Below, piece after piece: positions 10,335-19,214 of a stretch of 64,000 nt of DNA. The stretch lies in assembly GCF_026168755.1 (NCBI RefSeq), contig NZ_JAPFDR010000010.1, positions 17,487-81,486 of the forward strand. The letters run 5' to 3'. The position numbers and the translations under genes are program-made. The first letter of the stretch is position 1, and every line of letters starts with the position of its first letter. The notes under the pieces are model-generated. The model was not told the origin of the DNA. It saw nothing but the letters and a program-made list of their open reading frames with translations, and ran no database searches. Source of the DNA: Clostridium sp. (GTDB lineage: Bacteria; Bacillota; Clostridia; Clostridiales; Clostridiaceae).

Positions 10335-11384
10335 TTAATAAAGCATTGAGTATTTTTGCTTATATCTCAGCCATATATCTCCATTATCAACAAACTTTCC
10401 TATGGCATTATTCCTAGTTAAAAAGTATGGCAAGTGCCACTGAAAGTCATAAAAATAATCGCTATTATAAACATTGGCGTAATTATCAATTGCTTTTTTA
10501 ATTTCATCAAAGCTATATTTAGCCATAGCCTTATTTATACTGTCTATAATCTTAATATTTAAACTAACAACTTTACCTATTCTCTTACTATTCCAATGAT
10601 TAATTATATTTATATATATTTTATTATTTATATATATTTTATTATTTATATTATTATATATATTATTACGTGAAGTAGATACATTATCGTATCTACCTTG
10701 GTAATCACTAGATACATCAGTGTACCTACTTTCTTCATAACTAGATACATCAATGTACCTACCCTGTGTATTACCAGTTACATCAGCGTATCTATCTTCT
10801 TCATTTGTAGATACATCAGTGTATCCACTTTCTTCATAACTAGATACACCAGTGTAACTATTCTGTGCATTACTAGGTACATCATCGTATCTATCTTCTT
10901 CCATTATAGATACATCAGTATACCTACTTTCTTTATAACTAGGTACAGCAGTGTAACTATCCTGTACATTACTAGGCACATCAGCGTATCTACCTTCTTC
11001 CCTTGTAGATACATCAGTGTACCCACTTTCTTCATACCTAGATACATCAGTGTAACTATCCTGTGAATTACTAGGTACATCAGCGTATCTACTTTCTTCA
11101 GAATTATTAAATAATAAATAATCCTTTATTATCACATATATATTTTTCTTTCCATCTTTCTTTTCAATTCTTATATAATTCTTAGCTTGCAATGTTCTTA
11201 AAACACTATAAATAGACTTCTTATTCTTAATACAAAAATAATCTAATAAAGACTGTAATCCTACAGAAATAACATTACTATCTTCAAAATCAAATGCCTT
11301 TAATGCAATAAGCATATCTCTTTCTCTTCTGTTAATTTCTTTATCTAACATAAGCTTATTTAATATATCTAAATTATTCCCCAT
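10335..11384 (-). CDS. Putative replication initiator/replisome organiser with N-terminal HTH and internal tandem repeats
   Basis: N-terminal winged-HTH-like region (KSIYSVLRTLQAKNYI), 11-aa repeats, C-terminal IINHWN...EIKKAIDNY region resembling phage initiators. Confidence 0.6.
   Translation of the reverse strand: MGNNLDILNKLMLDKEINRRERDMLIALKAFDFEDSNVISVGLQSLLDYFCIKNKKSIYSVLRTLQAKNYIRIEKKDGKKNIYVIIKDYLLFNNSEESRYADVPSNSQDSYTDVSRYEESGYTDVSTREEGRYADVPSNVQDSYTAVPSYKESRYTDVSIMEEDRYDDVPSNAQNSYTGVSSYEESGYTDVSTNEEDRYADVTGNTQGRYIDVSSYEESRYTDVSSDYQGRYDNVSTSRNNIYNNINNKIYINNKIYINIINHWNSKRIGKVVSLNIKIIDSINKAMAKYSFDEIKKAIDNYANVYNSDYFYDFQWHLPYFLTRNNAIGKFVDNGDIWLRYKQKYSMLY
10676..11104. repeat. 13 tandem 33-bp units with 99-bp higher-order periodicity
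   Basis: Units start TAG(A/G)TACATCAG at 10676, 10709, 10742 ... 11072, counted by hand. Confidence 0.9.
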
Positions 11385-11552
11385 AACTTAACCCCACCTT
11401 TCTATACCACATAGAGATATAGTTTTTTTCTAACCTCATTTGGTATATTTCATAATTCATATCACCGATTCTATTTAATAATTAAATTTTACCATTGAAA
11501 TGTTAAGGAAATATAAATTTAAAAATTTTTTTTGTTAAATTCTTAAAATAAA

Positions 11553-11730
11553 GGCTCTGTTAGACTAAATTATTGATATACAACTCAAATCTATTATCTG
11601 TATTTACATATATTATTACAAACTTACCTCTTTTTCGAGAAGGTCTTGGCATTTTAAACCTACTCTTTTTATAATTCTCCTTGAAAGACTCAGAAACGAA
11701 TGTTTCGTCCATTTCTACTATACCCTAATT
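11553..11730 (-). mobile_element. IS1595-family remnant (terminal repeat plus transposase fragment)
   Basis: GGCTCTGTTAGAC end at 11553; degenerate GIVEMDETFVSESFK...MPRPSRKRGK, homologous to 14600-14838. Confidence 0.6.
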
Positions 11731-11990
11731 TATAATGAATTAATTTAAGATATTTAAAAGCTGAAAGCTAGATATAATCTAACTTTCAGCCCTCAAAATT
11801 TTTATACTTTCATATGCATTAAAAACAGAATATAGAAAACCAACCCTTTAACTCTAATTTTAAAGTTTAACTTCTTAATAGATTAAAATTATTAACCTTA
11901 ATATAATAGATTTAACAATAAGCTAATTATCATTTATATACTTTAACTAAATTATCCATTCAACTTATAATTAATATAAACAAATTATAA

Positions 11991-13622
11991 TCAATAAACT
12001 TTCTCTTTTATAATTTCCTTCTCTATAATATTCTTCTCCAATCCCTCAATATCTGAAACAAACGTCTTTATATATCTTTTAAAATAATTTCTCAACTCTT
12101 CATCACAAATATAAATATATGTACCTCTAATTCCTCTAGTTAATATTGTCTTGTAAATATTAATAATATACTTTTTTAATTCATTCTCATCTGTTACTGT
12201 TTTTTTACCATTTTTATCGTAATATTTTTCTTTAACTATCTGTATTTTATTATCTCTATATACTATTTCATTTCCTAAAATAACACCTGCATAATTTATA
12301 TCATATCCTTGTGTGGTATGAATACAGCCTACTTCTTTTATTGCATTCTGTGAATTAATCCAATCTTTAGGCTCAGAATTCCATTTAAATTTACTTTCTC
12401 CTATAACTATATCATATTCATCAGGATTTTTTTTACTCTTCCATTCCCAAGCATATCCTGCAATCATACGACAAAGACCATATTCTTTATCTTTATCTAT
12501 TATTTTTCTATGCATTTCATCTAAATTGTCAAATATGTATAATTCATATTCTCCAAAACTTCTAAATTCATCTTGATTTTCATTAATTATATTTTCAATA
12601 TAATTAATATAATCTTCTCCTGCTAAAACTCTCATTTGAGACGTAATTTTATGTTTTTCAAATGGTATTTCTTCAAATTTTTCTGGTCTTACATCTGATG
12701 GTTTTATTGATTGATTTTTATCATAACATAAAATCATATGCTTACTAGAAAGCCTTATCCAATCAAGTTGATCATTATTTTTATCAAGACCAAGCTTTCT
12801 ATTACAATCATCAAAAGACTTCACATTAGTTATATTTACTCTTCTGTTTAACCTATGTGCTTCGTCTACAATCAATATATCATAATCTTTACCAATAACA
12901 TCAGAAGGTCCTAATACCATACTTGCTTTTAAATTTTTAACATTTCTAAATACTTTTTTTAATGTTGTTCTTAATGATGTCATTGGAACTACTAGTCCAA
13001 CTTTTAAATTTTTACTTTCTTCTTTTTCGATTAAATACTTTAATAAATAAATAGCAACTATAGTTTTTCCTGTACCTGGCTCTCCTTGAATGAGATGATT
13101 GCTTTTTTTATTATTAATAATACTATCAACTATTGATTCTACAACTTCAAGTTGCTCAGATGTTAATGACTTATATGGTGAATATTTAAATAAATTACTA
13201 TTTCTAATTTCAAATAATCCTCTTACGACAATTTCTTTTTCTTTTAATTCACTCCAAATAATATCAAATTTCTTAATATATTTGTCCTTTTCATAATAAT
13301 TATGTTTTCTTAATCCACCATTACCATTTTGCAATAAGTATTTACCATCAGCAGCCATATGCTCAATTAATAAAGATTCTAGCTCTAAAGTTGCTGATTT
13401 ATTAAAATCATCATCTGCAACAATATCAATAGTATCTAATTTAATTCTATCCTTATTTTTTAAATGTTCTAAACTTCTATTATAAACTCTACTTGATTCT
13501 CCTACATAAGCTTCTTTATTATTTCTTATTATATAAACAACAGGCCAATTTACTCCATATTTATATCTTTTAATATTATCTAAAAATTCTTCTTTATAAG
13601 CGAAAGTTTTTACTAATCCCAT
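11991..13622 (-). CDS. GIY-YIG nuclease fused to a DUF2075 (Schlafen group 3-like) helicase
   Basis: VVYII...AYVGES, Walker A GEPGTGKT, IVDEAH, C-terminal VGCIHTTQGYD...YKTILTRG. Confidence 0.8.
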   Translation of the reverse strand: MGLVKTFAYKEEFLDNIKRYKYGVNWPVVYIIRNNKEAYVGESSRVYNRSLEHLKNKDRIKLDTIDIVADDDFNKSATLELESLLIEHMAADGKYLLQNGNGGLRKHNYYEKDKYIKKFDIIWSELKEKEIVVRGLFEIRNSNLFKYSPYKSLTSEQLEVVESIVDSIINNKKSNHLIQGEPGTGKTIVAIYLLKYLIEKEESKNLKVGLVVPMTSLRTTLKKVFRNVKNLKASMVLGPSDVIGKDYDILIVDEAHRLNRRVNITNVKSFDDCNRKLGLDKNNDQLDWIRLSSKHMILCYDKNQSIKPSDVRPEKFEEIPFEKHKITSQMRVLAGEDYINYIENIINENQDEFRSFGEYELYIFDNLDEMHRKIIDKDKEYGLCRMIAGYAWEWKSKKNPDEYDIVIGESKFKWNSEPKDWINSQNAIKEVGCIHTTQGYDINYAGVILGNEIVYRDNKIQIVKEKYYDKNGKKTVTDENELKKYIINIYKTILTRGIRGTYIYICDEELRNYFKRYIKTFVSDIEGLEKNIIEKEIIKEKVY

Positions 13623-13640
13623 ATTAACCCCTCATTTAAT

Positions 13641-13958
13641 TTATAGCTCAGTATATTTTTTACTTGATCCCTTAGCCTTTTCAACAGGATACTTTTTCTC
13701 ATTTTTATCCATTTTATTATTTATTATTTCCTCTATATTTACTCCCAAAGAATTTGCCATATGTATACAATAAATAATTACATCTGCTAACTCATTACAT
13801 ACTTCCTCTTTATCAAAATTATTATCCCATAAAAAATGCTCTAATAACTCTGAAGCTTCTATACTTATCGCTTTAGCTAAATTTTCAGGTTTATGAAACT
13901 GTCCCCAATCCCTATCATCTCTAAATTTTTTTATTCTATCTATTGTCTTATCCATCAT
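13641..13958 (-). CDS. MazG-like nucleotide pyrophosphohydrolase
   Basis: RDWGQFHKPENLAKAISIEASELLEHF...ELADV...KNEKKYP. Confidence 0.9.
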   Translation of the reverse strand: MMDKTIDRIKKFRDDRDWGQFHKPENLAKAISIEASELLEHFLWDNNFDKEEVCNELADVIIYCIHMANSLGVNIEEIINNKMDKNEKKYPVEKAKGSSKKYTEL

Positions 13959-14328
13959 ATATCTCCCTTAACTATTTTAATAATCTCCTATATATATTTA
14001 ATTATCATATCAATTTCAGCATTATAAAACTCAGACTTTTCTTCTGTATTCTTAAAACAACTTTTATCCATCATAATACCATAAAAATTTCTCCATTTTG
14101 AAAGAGTATATTCAGCTCTCTTTTTCATCCTAATCCATTGCTTTATAATAAATTATAGTGAATCAATTCTAATAGTATTATAAATATAATTTCTAAATAA
14201 TACAATAATATATAAATGCAATCTATTAAATAATAAATTATTAAATCTATATGAGTTAAATAAATTTTAATCATAAAAAATATATTTATTAGCTATAATA
14301 TGATTTTCTTCGCACTTTAGAATATCAT

Positions 14329-14541
14329 GCTTCAGTATGACCAACAAATAACCCTGCTTTTTCACCTGCACATAAAAGATTATCTACTCCAATAACCTTC
14401 ATATCATTAGCCCTTGGTGCCACAGATAAATATCTTATAGAATTACCCTTACTTCCTGCATAAGGATCAACATACTTAGCATATTCAAGACCTGGGATCT
14501 TTCTAAGCTTTTCAAGTGGATAATAAGTTGTCATAAGCTTT
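14329..14541 (-). CDS. Segment 2 (213-bp middle piece) of the interrupted oxidoreductase
   Basis: (HA)KLMTTYYPLEKLRKIPGLEYAKYVDPYAG...DNLLCAGEKAGLFVGHTEA; in frame with segments 1 and 3 across both cores. Confidence 0.92.
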
Positions 14542-14599
14542 GCATGTGCAGTGTGTACAAAAGTGCAACCTTTGCAACAATATTTGCCCCAATACGTTT

Positions 14600-14838
14600 A
14601 AATTTCCACCTCTATCAATTACTGTTGCTATACAAATCTGCTCATTACTTATACCACGTTTCTTAACTTGCTTACCTCTTTCTCGAGCAGCTCTCGGCAT
14701 TTTAAACCCACTCTTTTTATGATTACACTTGAAAGACTCAGTAACGAATGTTTCGTCCATCTCTACTATGCCATCTACATCACCAACACCCATAAATGCT
14801 CTTATACAATCAAGAACTTTATGTTGCAAGAACGACAC
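14600..14838 (-). pseudogene. IS1595-family transposase fragment
   Basis: GIVEMDETFVTESFK...KKRGISNEQICIATVIDR, typical of the IS1595 DDE region; truncated next to the att site. Confidence 0.8.
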
Positions 14839-15014
14839 ACATAACGTTGCTTACCTTTAAACTTTCCATTCTTCACTACAGAAGTAGATTAGCAATAAGG
14901 ACAACATTGACCCTTGCTAAATCTTGATTCTCTAAACTCTTCATTAAGAGTTACATTAGATATACCCATTTCCCCTATAAACATATTAAAAGGACCTACA
15001 TACGTAAGTCCTAA

Positions 15015-16042
15015 TTATATATACCTTAATTCATTGAAAAACTTTTTTCTTACTAAATCTGACTCCACTCTGTTATCCCTCATTGATAATATCCCTATAA
15101 GTTTTTGAGTTGTAATATGTGCAAGCTTTAAGTTGATAGGTAAAAGTGATATCATATCCATATTAGCCATATTTCTTATGCTAATGTAGTCTTCTTCTTT
15201 TTCAGACACAATTATATTTATTACATTACTAGCATAGCTTGAGGCCAAACTCACAGATATCAATCTTACCATAGCATCTAACCAATCTTCTTTAAATTCT
15301 ACTTCAATGGCTACGGTCAATTCCCCTGTATTATCTCCTATCCATACTACATCAACATAATCTATTTTCTCAAAAGACTTTTCTGATTTTAAATTTGATA
15401 GATCAAGATCTTGCATAGTGGCTATACAAACTGTATTTAAATTAACCCCATATATTTCTTTATTTTTATCATTTTGAGCTAATTTAGATTTATATCCAAA
15501 ATAAACACTAATGCTCCTATTTGAGATTGAATAGCTAGATGATTTTTATCAAACAAATAATACTTCCTCATAACTATAGAATTAATATCAGCCTCATTCA
15601 AAATTATTTTAATTTCACCAGTATATTTTTTACCGATTGTAATTTCATTCTCATCTTTAAAATATCCTTTAATTTTATTAGTAGAGGACTTAATAGTTTC
15701 AAAATACCCCTTTGATACTATCCATTTCATTTCTTCTATCTTTTCAAACAAATCATTAGTATACAGATAAATTACTTTGTCTCCAACAAGCTTAGAGATA
15801 ATGTACTTGCTATCACCCTCTGTTCTTTTTTCTAGCTTATTTAATGCAAAATCTGTAAAATTACTTTTACCACAAGCCCTTACGTAATCATATGGCTGAA
15901 CTATTCCGTATTTTTTTATGATCTTAGTTGCCTCTATATGATCAGCTTCTTTTAATTCTTTTTTTATCTGTTTAGTTTCAATATAATCATTAATTTTAAA
16001 ACTATCCAAAATTTTAATATAATTGTCTTCCACGTTAAGCAC
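15015..16042 (-). pseudogene. Putative type II restriction endonuclease split by a 1-bp frameshift near 15508
   Basis: Adding one base in TTAGTGTTT joins the ORFs 15479-16042 and 15015-15416 as ...HLAIQSQIGALGVYFGYKSKLAQND...; PD-(D/E)XK-like DVVW...AIEVE; next to an MTase. Confidence 0.55.
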
Positions 16043-16088
16043 TCCTTAAACTTACAATTATATTTTAGTTTGGATAGTTTCTTAATTT

Positions 16089-16970
16089 TTATTCATTTTT
16101 CTCTGATAAACTGTTCATTCTATAAATTAAATCATCATATATGTTGGCAACTAATTCACACCCAATAACATTTAATCCTTGTTCTAATCCTGCAATCAAG
16201 GTTGTCCCACTTCCTGCAAAAGGATCTAATATAGTATATCCCACTTTTGATGACATACTTAAACAAAACTTAGGTATGTCTATTGGAAATTTTGCTGGAT
16301 GTGTTATATTACTTTTTTCTGTTCTTCCATAACATCCAACATAACTATACAAATAGTTAGGAGTTATTTTGGAGTCTATATAATTTTCTTCTTGGCAATA
16401 TTTACATTTGAAGTGTGTTTTAACCTTCAATTGTTCAGTATTTATTTTATTCTTCTTTCCTTTTGTAAACGCTAGAATATACTCCCATCCATTTGCTAAA
16501 TAATATGCCTTATGTTTTCCTGCCGGTTGTGGATTTTTCTTTATCCATATTAAGGTATCCCAATGAATAAATCCTATCTTTTTTGCTATCTCTATAAAAT
16601 TACTGCTAAAATCAATTACTTCAAAATTTTCACGAGTATTAGCTATATTAATAAACATAAACCTATTATCCCTTAATACCCCATAACACAGTTGTAAAAC
16701 CTCTTCTATATCTTTTATATATTTATCTTTATCTTTTGTATTACCTATCTCTCCCTTTATCGGATTACCTTGACTAGCATAAACCCATTTAGCAATATTT
16801 CCATCTATCTTTGGTTTTCCTGCATATGACCTTCTATTAAAAAATGGTGGACTGGTCATAATAGTGTCTACAAATTCATTATTATTAATCATTTCTTGTA
16901 ATACATCTTTACAATCTCCTAAATAAACTTTCCAATTTAATTCACCAATTACTCCTTGTTCAAGCTTCAT
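16089..16970 (-). CDS. Amino-DNA methyltransferase, beta class (probably N4-C)
   Basis: Motif IV TSPPF near the N-terminus, HPAKFP, motif I DPFAGSGTT near the C-terminus. Confidence 0.9.
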   Translation of the reverse strand: MKLEQGVIGELNWKVYLGDCKDVLQEMINNNEFVDTIMTSPPFFNRRSYAGKPKIDGNIAKWVYASQGNPIKGEIGNTKDKDKYIKDIEEVLQLCYGVLRDNRFMFINIANTRENFEVIDFSSNFIEIAKKIGFIHWDTLIWIKKNPQPAGKHKAYYLANGWEYILAFTKGKKNKINTEQLKVKTHFKCKYCQEENYIDSKITPNYLYSYVGCYGRTEKSNITHPAKFPIDIPKFCLSMSSKVGYTILDPFAGSGTTLIAGLEQGLNVIGCELVANIYDDLIYRMNSLSEKNE

Positions 16971-17282
16971 TAATATACCCTATCTATACTTGCTATACCT
17001 TACCAATATATTAACTGCTTGTCCTATCTATTCTTAAATATTTTTATTGAGATTTTATTGGCTCATCAGGAACTTCTGTAAACCAAATACTAACTATTGA
17101 AGCATCATATCCAGTTCCATCTTCATCAATTATAAATCTATAATTACTATTAAATTCTCTATCATTAAGCTTTCCTGATATAATAGCACTTGCCCTAGCA
17201 ATCACTAAACACGCCTGTATACTTCTAAAAGAATAACTACTAAACTTTCCTAAATATGGATTACTAAAGTTGCTATTAAATC

Positions 17283-17320
17283 AAAAAAGAGTTAATGCTT
17301 AATACCAAAACATTAACTCT
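17283..17320 (-). terminator. Terminator after AAA copy 3
   Basis: agagttaatg / cattaactct stem with a U-tract on the - strand. Confidence 0.6.
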
Positions 17321-17330
17321 AAAACTATTT

Positions 17331-19031
17331 TTAATCTTTTATTTTTATTAGACAATCCTTTTTATAAAAGGCTATCCCATATTTGAAAATATTCTTATAA
17401 CCTTCACTTCTAAGCTCCATCTCATATTTCCTATCTTCTATTTGCTCTATAGCTTCATCTGCTTTTTTTTCTAAATCATCAATATAATTTGCTATTTTAA
17501 ACTCTATTACTATAGCAATTCCCCTTCTTGAAACTGACTTAATAAATAAATCACTTCTTCCGGTTCCACCTTCTCTATTAGATTTAACTATATATCCTTT
17601 CATATTAGAAAGAACTCCTGCTAAAAATCCATGATAGAAATTTTCATATGCATCGTTAAAGCTTATTGTATCTAAAAGTAAATTGTTTAATTCTACTTCA
17701 AAAAGCTCTGGTTCTTTATTTACTATAGCATTAAACATTTTTGTCATATCATAAAGTTTTATCTGTTCATTAAACCATTTAAGTATCTTAGTTCTAAAGA
17801 TATACTTTACTTCTAAGTTTGGTATTGCTAGCTCTACAAAGTTTTCTTGGGTATTCTCATCCATTCTTTCACTTATCTTTTTGAAATATCCTGTAAAGAA
17901 CATAAAGTTCCATAAGTTATCTAAATTATCATAAACATCTTCGTAGGTTATATCTTCATGTACTGGCTTTTCTATAGTTTTTCCTTCTATTAAAGCCTCT
18001 ATTTCTCCTTTTGTTATGTCATCTGCTCTTTCTATAAGACTTTTTACTATACTGTTTGAGCTAGTATTTGCCCAATATGATTTAGGTAATCTATTTATAT
18101 TAGCCTTTAAGTCATCAACATATTGCATTACACTCCAAGGATTATATACATTTGTTTCTCCAAATATATATCCATTGAACCACTGCTTTATAGTTTCATA
18201 CTTTTGTTGCATATTATAATCATCACAAATTTTTACAACCTCTTCATCTGTAAATCCAAAATGCTCTGCATATCTATCATCTAAAATTGATATGATTTTC
18301 AAGTTATTTAATCCAGTAAAAATACTTTCTTTTGAAATACGTAAGCAACCTGTAATTACTGAAAACTCTAATGATGGATTTGTTTTTAATGCTGATTCAA
18401 ATAGTGATCTTATAAAGCTTATCATTTCATTATAAAATCCCTCAAAAAATGCATTTTCTAAAGGTACATCATATTCATCTATTAAAATGATTACTTTTTC
18501 ATTGTGATATTTATTTAAGCAATTACTTAAAAATTTTAGTGCTGTAATATATAATGACATATCCTTATCATTATTTACAATTTTCATAAAATGTTCTTTC
18601 TCAGCTTTTAATACATCACTTTCTATTATATATTTATGTCTTTTAAATTCATTTGAAATTTCTTCTCTGATGCATTGAAATGCTAAATCCAAACTTCTTT
18701 GCTTTGCTGATTTAAGTGAAAGATTAATTACAGGATACTTACCTATATACTTAGTATATTTTTCACTTTCTCCCTTAATATTTAATCCTTCAAAAAGATA
18801 AGAGTTATCTATTTTCTCTCCAGTAAATTCATCTCTTCTATCTTCAAAATAATATTGAAGCATACTCATGTTTAATGTTTTACCAAACCTTCTTGGTCTA
18901 GTAAATAGATTTACTGCAGCTTTATTATCTAATAAATCCTTTATAAGAAGAGTTTTATCTACAAAATAATATCCCCTTGTTATTAACATTTCAAAATTAT
19001 CTATTCCTATTGGAAGTGGTTTTTGCTCCAT
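17331..19031 (-). CDS. AAA-ATPase-like plus PD-(D/E)XK nuclease protein, copy 3
   Basis: Visibly very similar to 8584-10257 (RPRRFGKT, LIDEYD, YWANTSSNSIVKSLIE, SNREGGTGRSD...IEFK). Confidence 0.9.
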   Translation of the reverse strand: MEQKPLPIGIDNFEMLITRGYYFVDKTLLIKDLLDNKAAVNLFTRPRRFGKTLNMSMLQYYFEDRRDEFTGEKIDNSYLFEGLNIKGESEKYTKYIGKYPVINLSLKSAKQRSLDLAFQCIREEISNEFKRHKYIIESDVLKAEKEHFMKIVNNDKDMSLYITALKFLSNCLNKYHNEKVIILIDEYDVPLENAFFEGFYNEMISFIRSLFESALKTNPSLEFSVITGCLRISKESIFTGLNNLKIISILDDRYAEHFGFTDEEVVKICDDYNMQQKYETIKQWFNGYIFGETNVYNPWSVMQYVDDLKANINRLPKSYWANTSSNSIVKSLIERADDITKGEIEALIEGKTIEKPVHEDITYEDVYDNLDNLWNFMFFTGYFKKISERMDENTQENFVELAIPNLEVKYIFRTKILKWFNEQIKLYDMTKMFNAIVNKEPELFEVELNNLLLDTISFNDAYENFYHGFLAGVLSNMKGYIVKSNREGGTGRSDLFIKSVSRRGIAIVIEFKIANYIDDLEKKADEAIEQIEDRKYEMELRSEGYKNIFKYGIAFYKKDCLIKIKD

Positions 19032-19214
19032 TTTGCCTTACCTCCACTTTCTTTCTTATCTCTTATTATATCCTAATTTTTATGTTGATTAAACAATAAG
19101 TTGAAATTATTTGGACTGTTATTTAAACTGTAATCCAATGGAATAGCGAGTAACCATTATTTATTTTAGTTAATCCCCCACACTCTAACATCTCCCTACT
19201 ATAATAACCAATAA

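Larger units (their letters stand above)
4122..14340. mobile_element. Element B: 10,207-bp gene-intervening element with a large serine recombinase
   Basis: 12-bp direct repeat GCTTCAGTATGA at 4122-4133 and 14329-14340; recombinase ends 58 bp from the left core; no phage structural or conjugation genes recognised. Confidence 0.9.

Noticed and set aside
10698-11066. 122-aa + strand repetitive ORF
   Set aside because: It is the antisense of the repeat array; staying open is a by-product of the repeat.
10676-11104. 33-bp array as a CRISPR
   Set aside because: Units are directly abutting and degenerate, have no unique spacers, keep a reading frame, and no cas genes are present.
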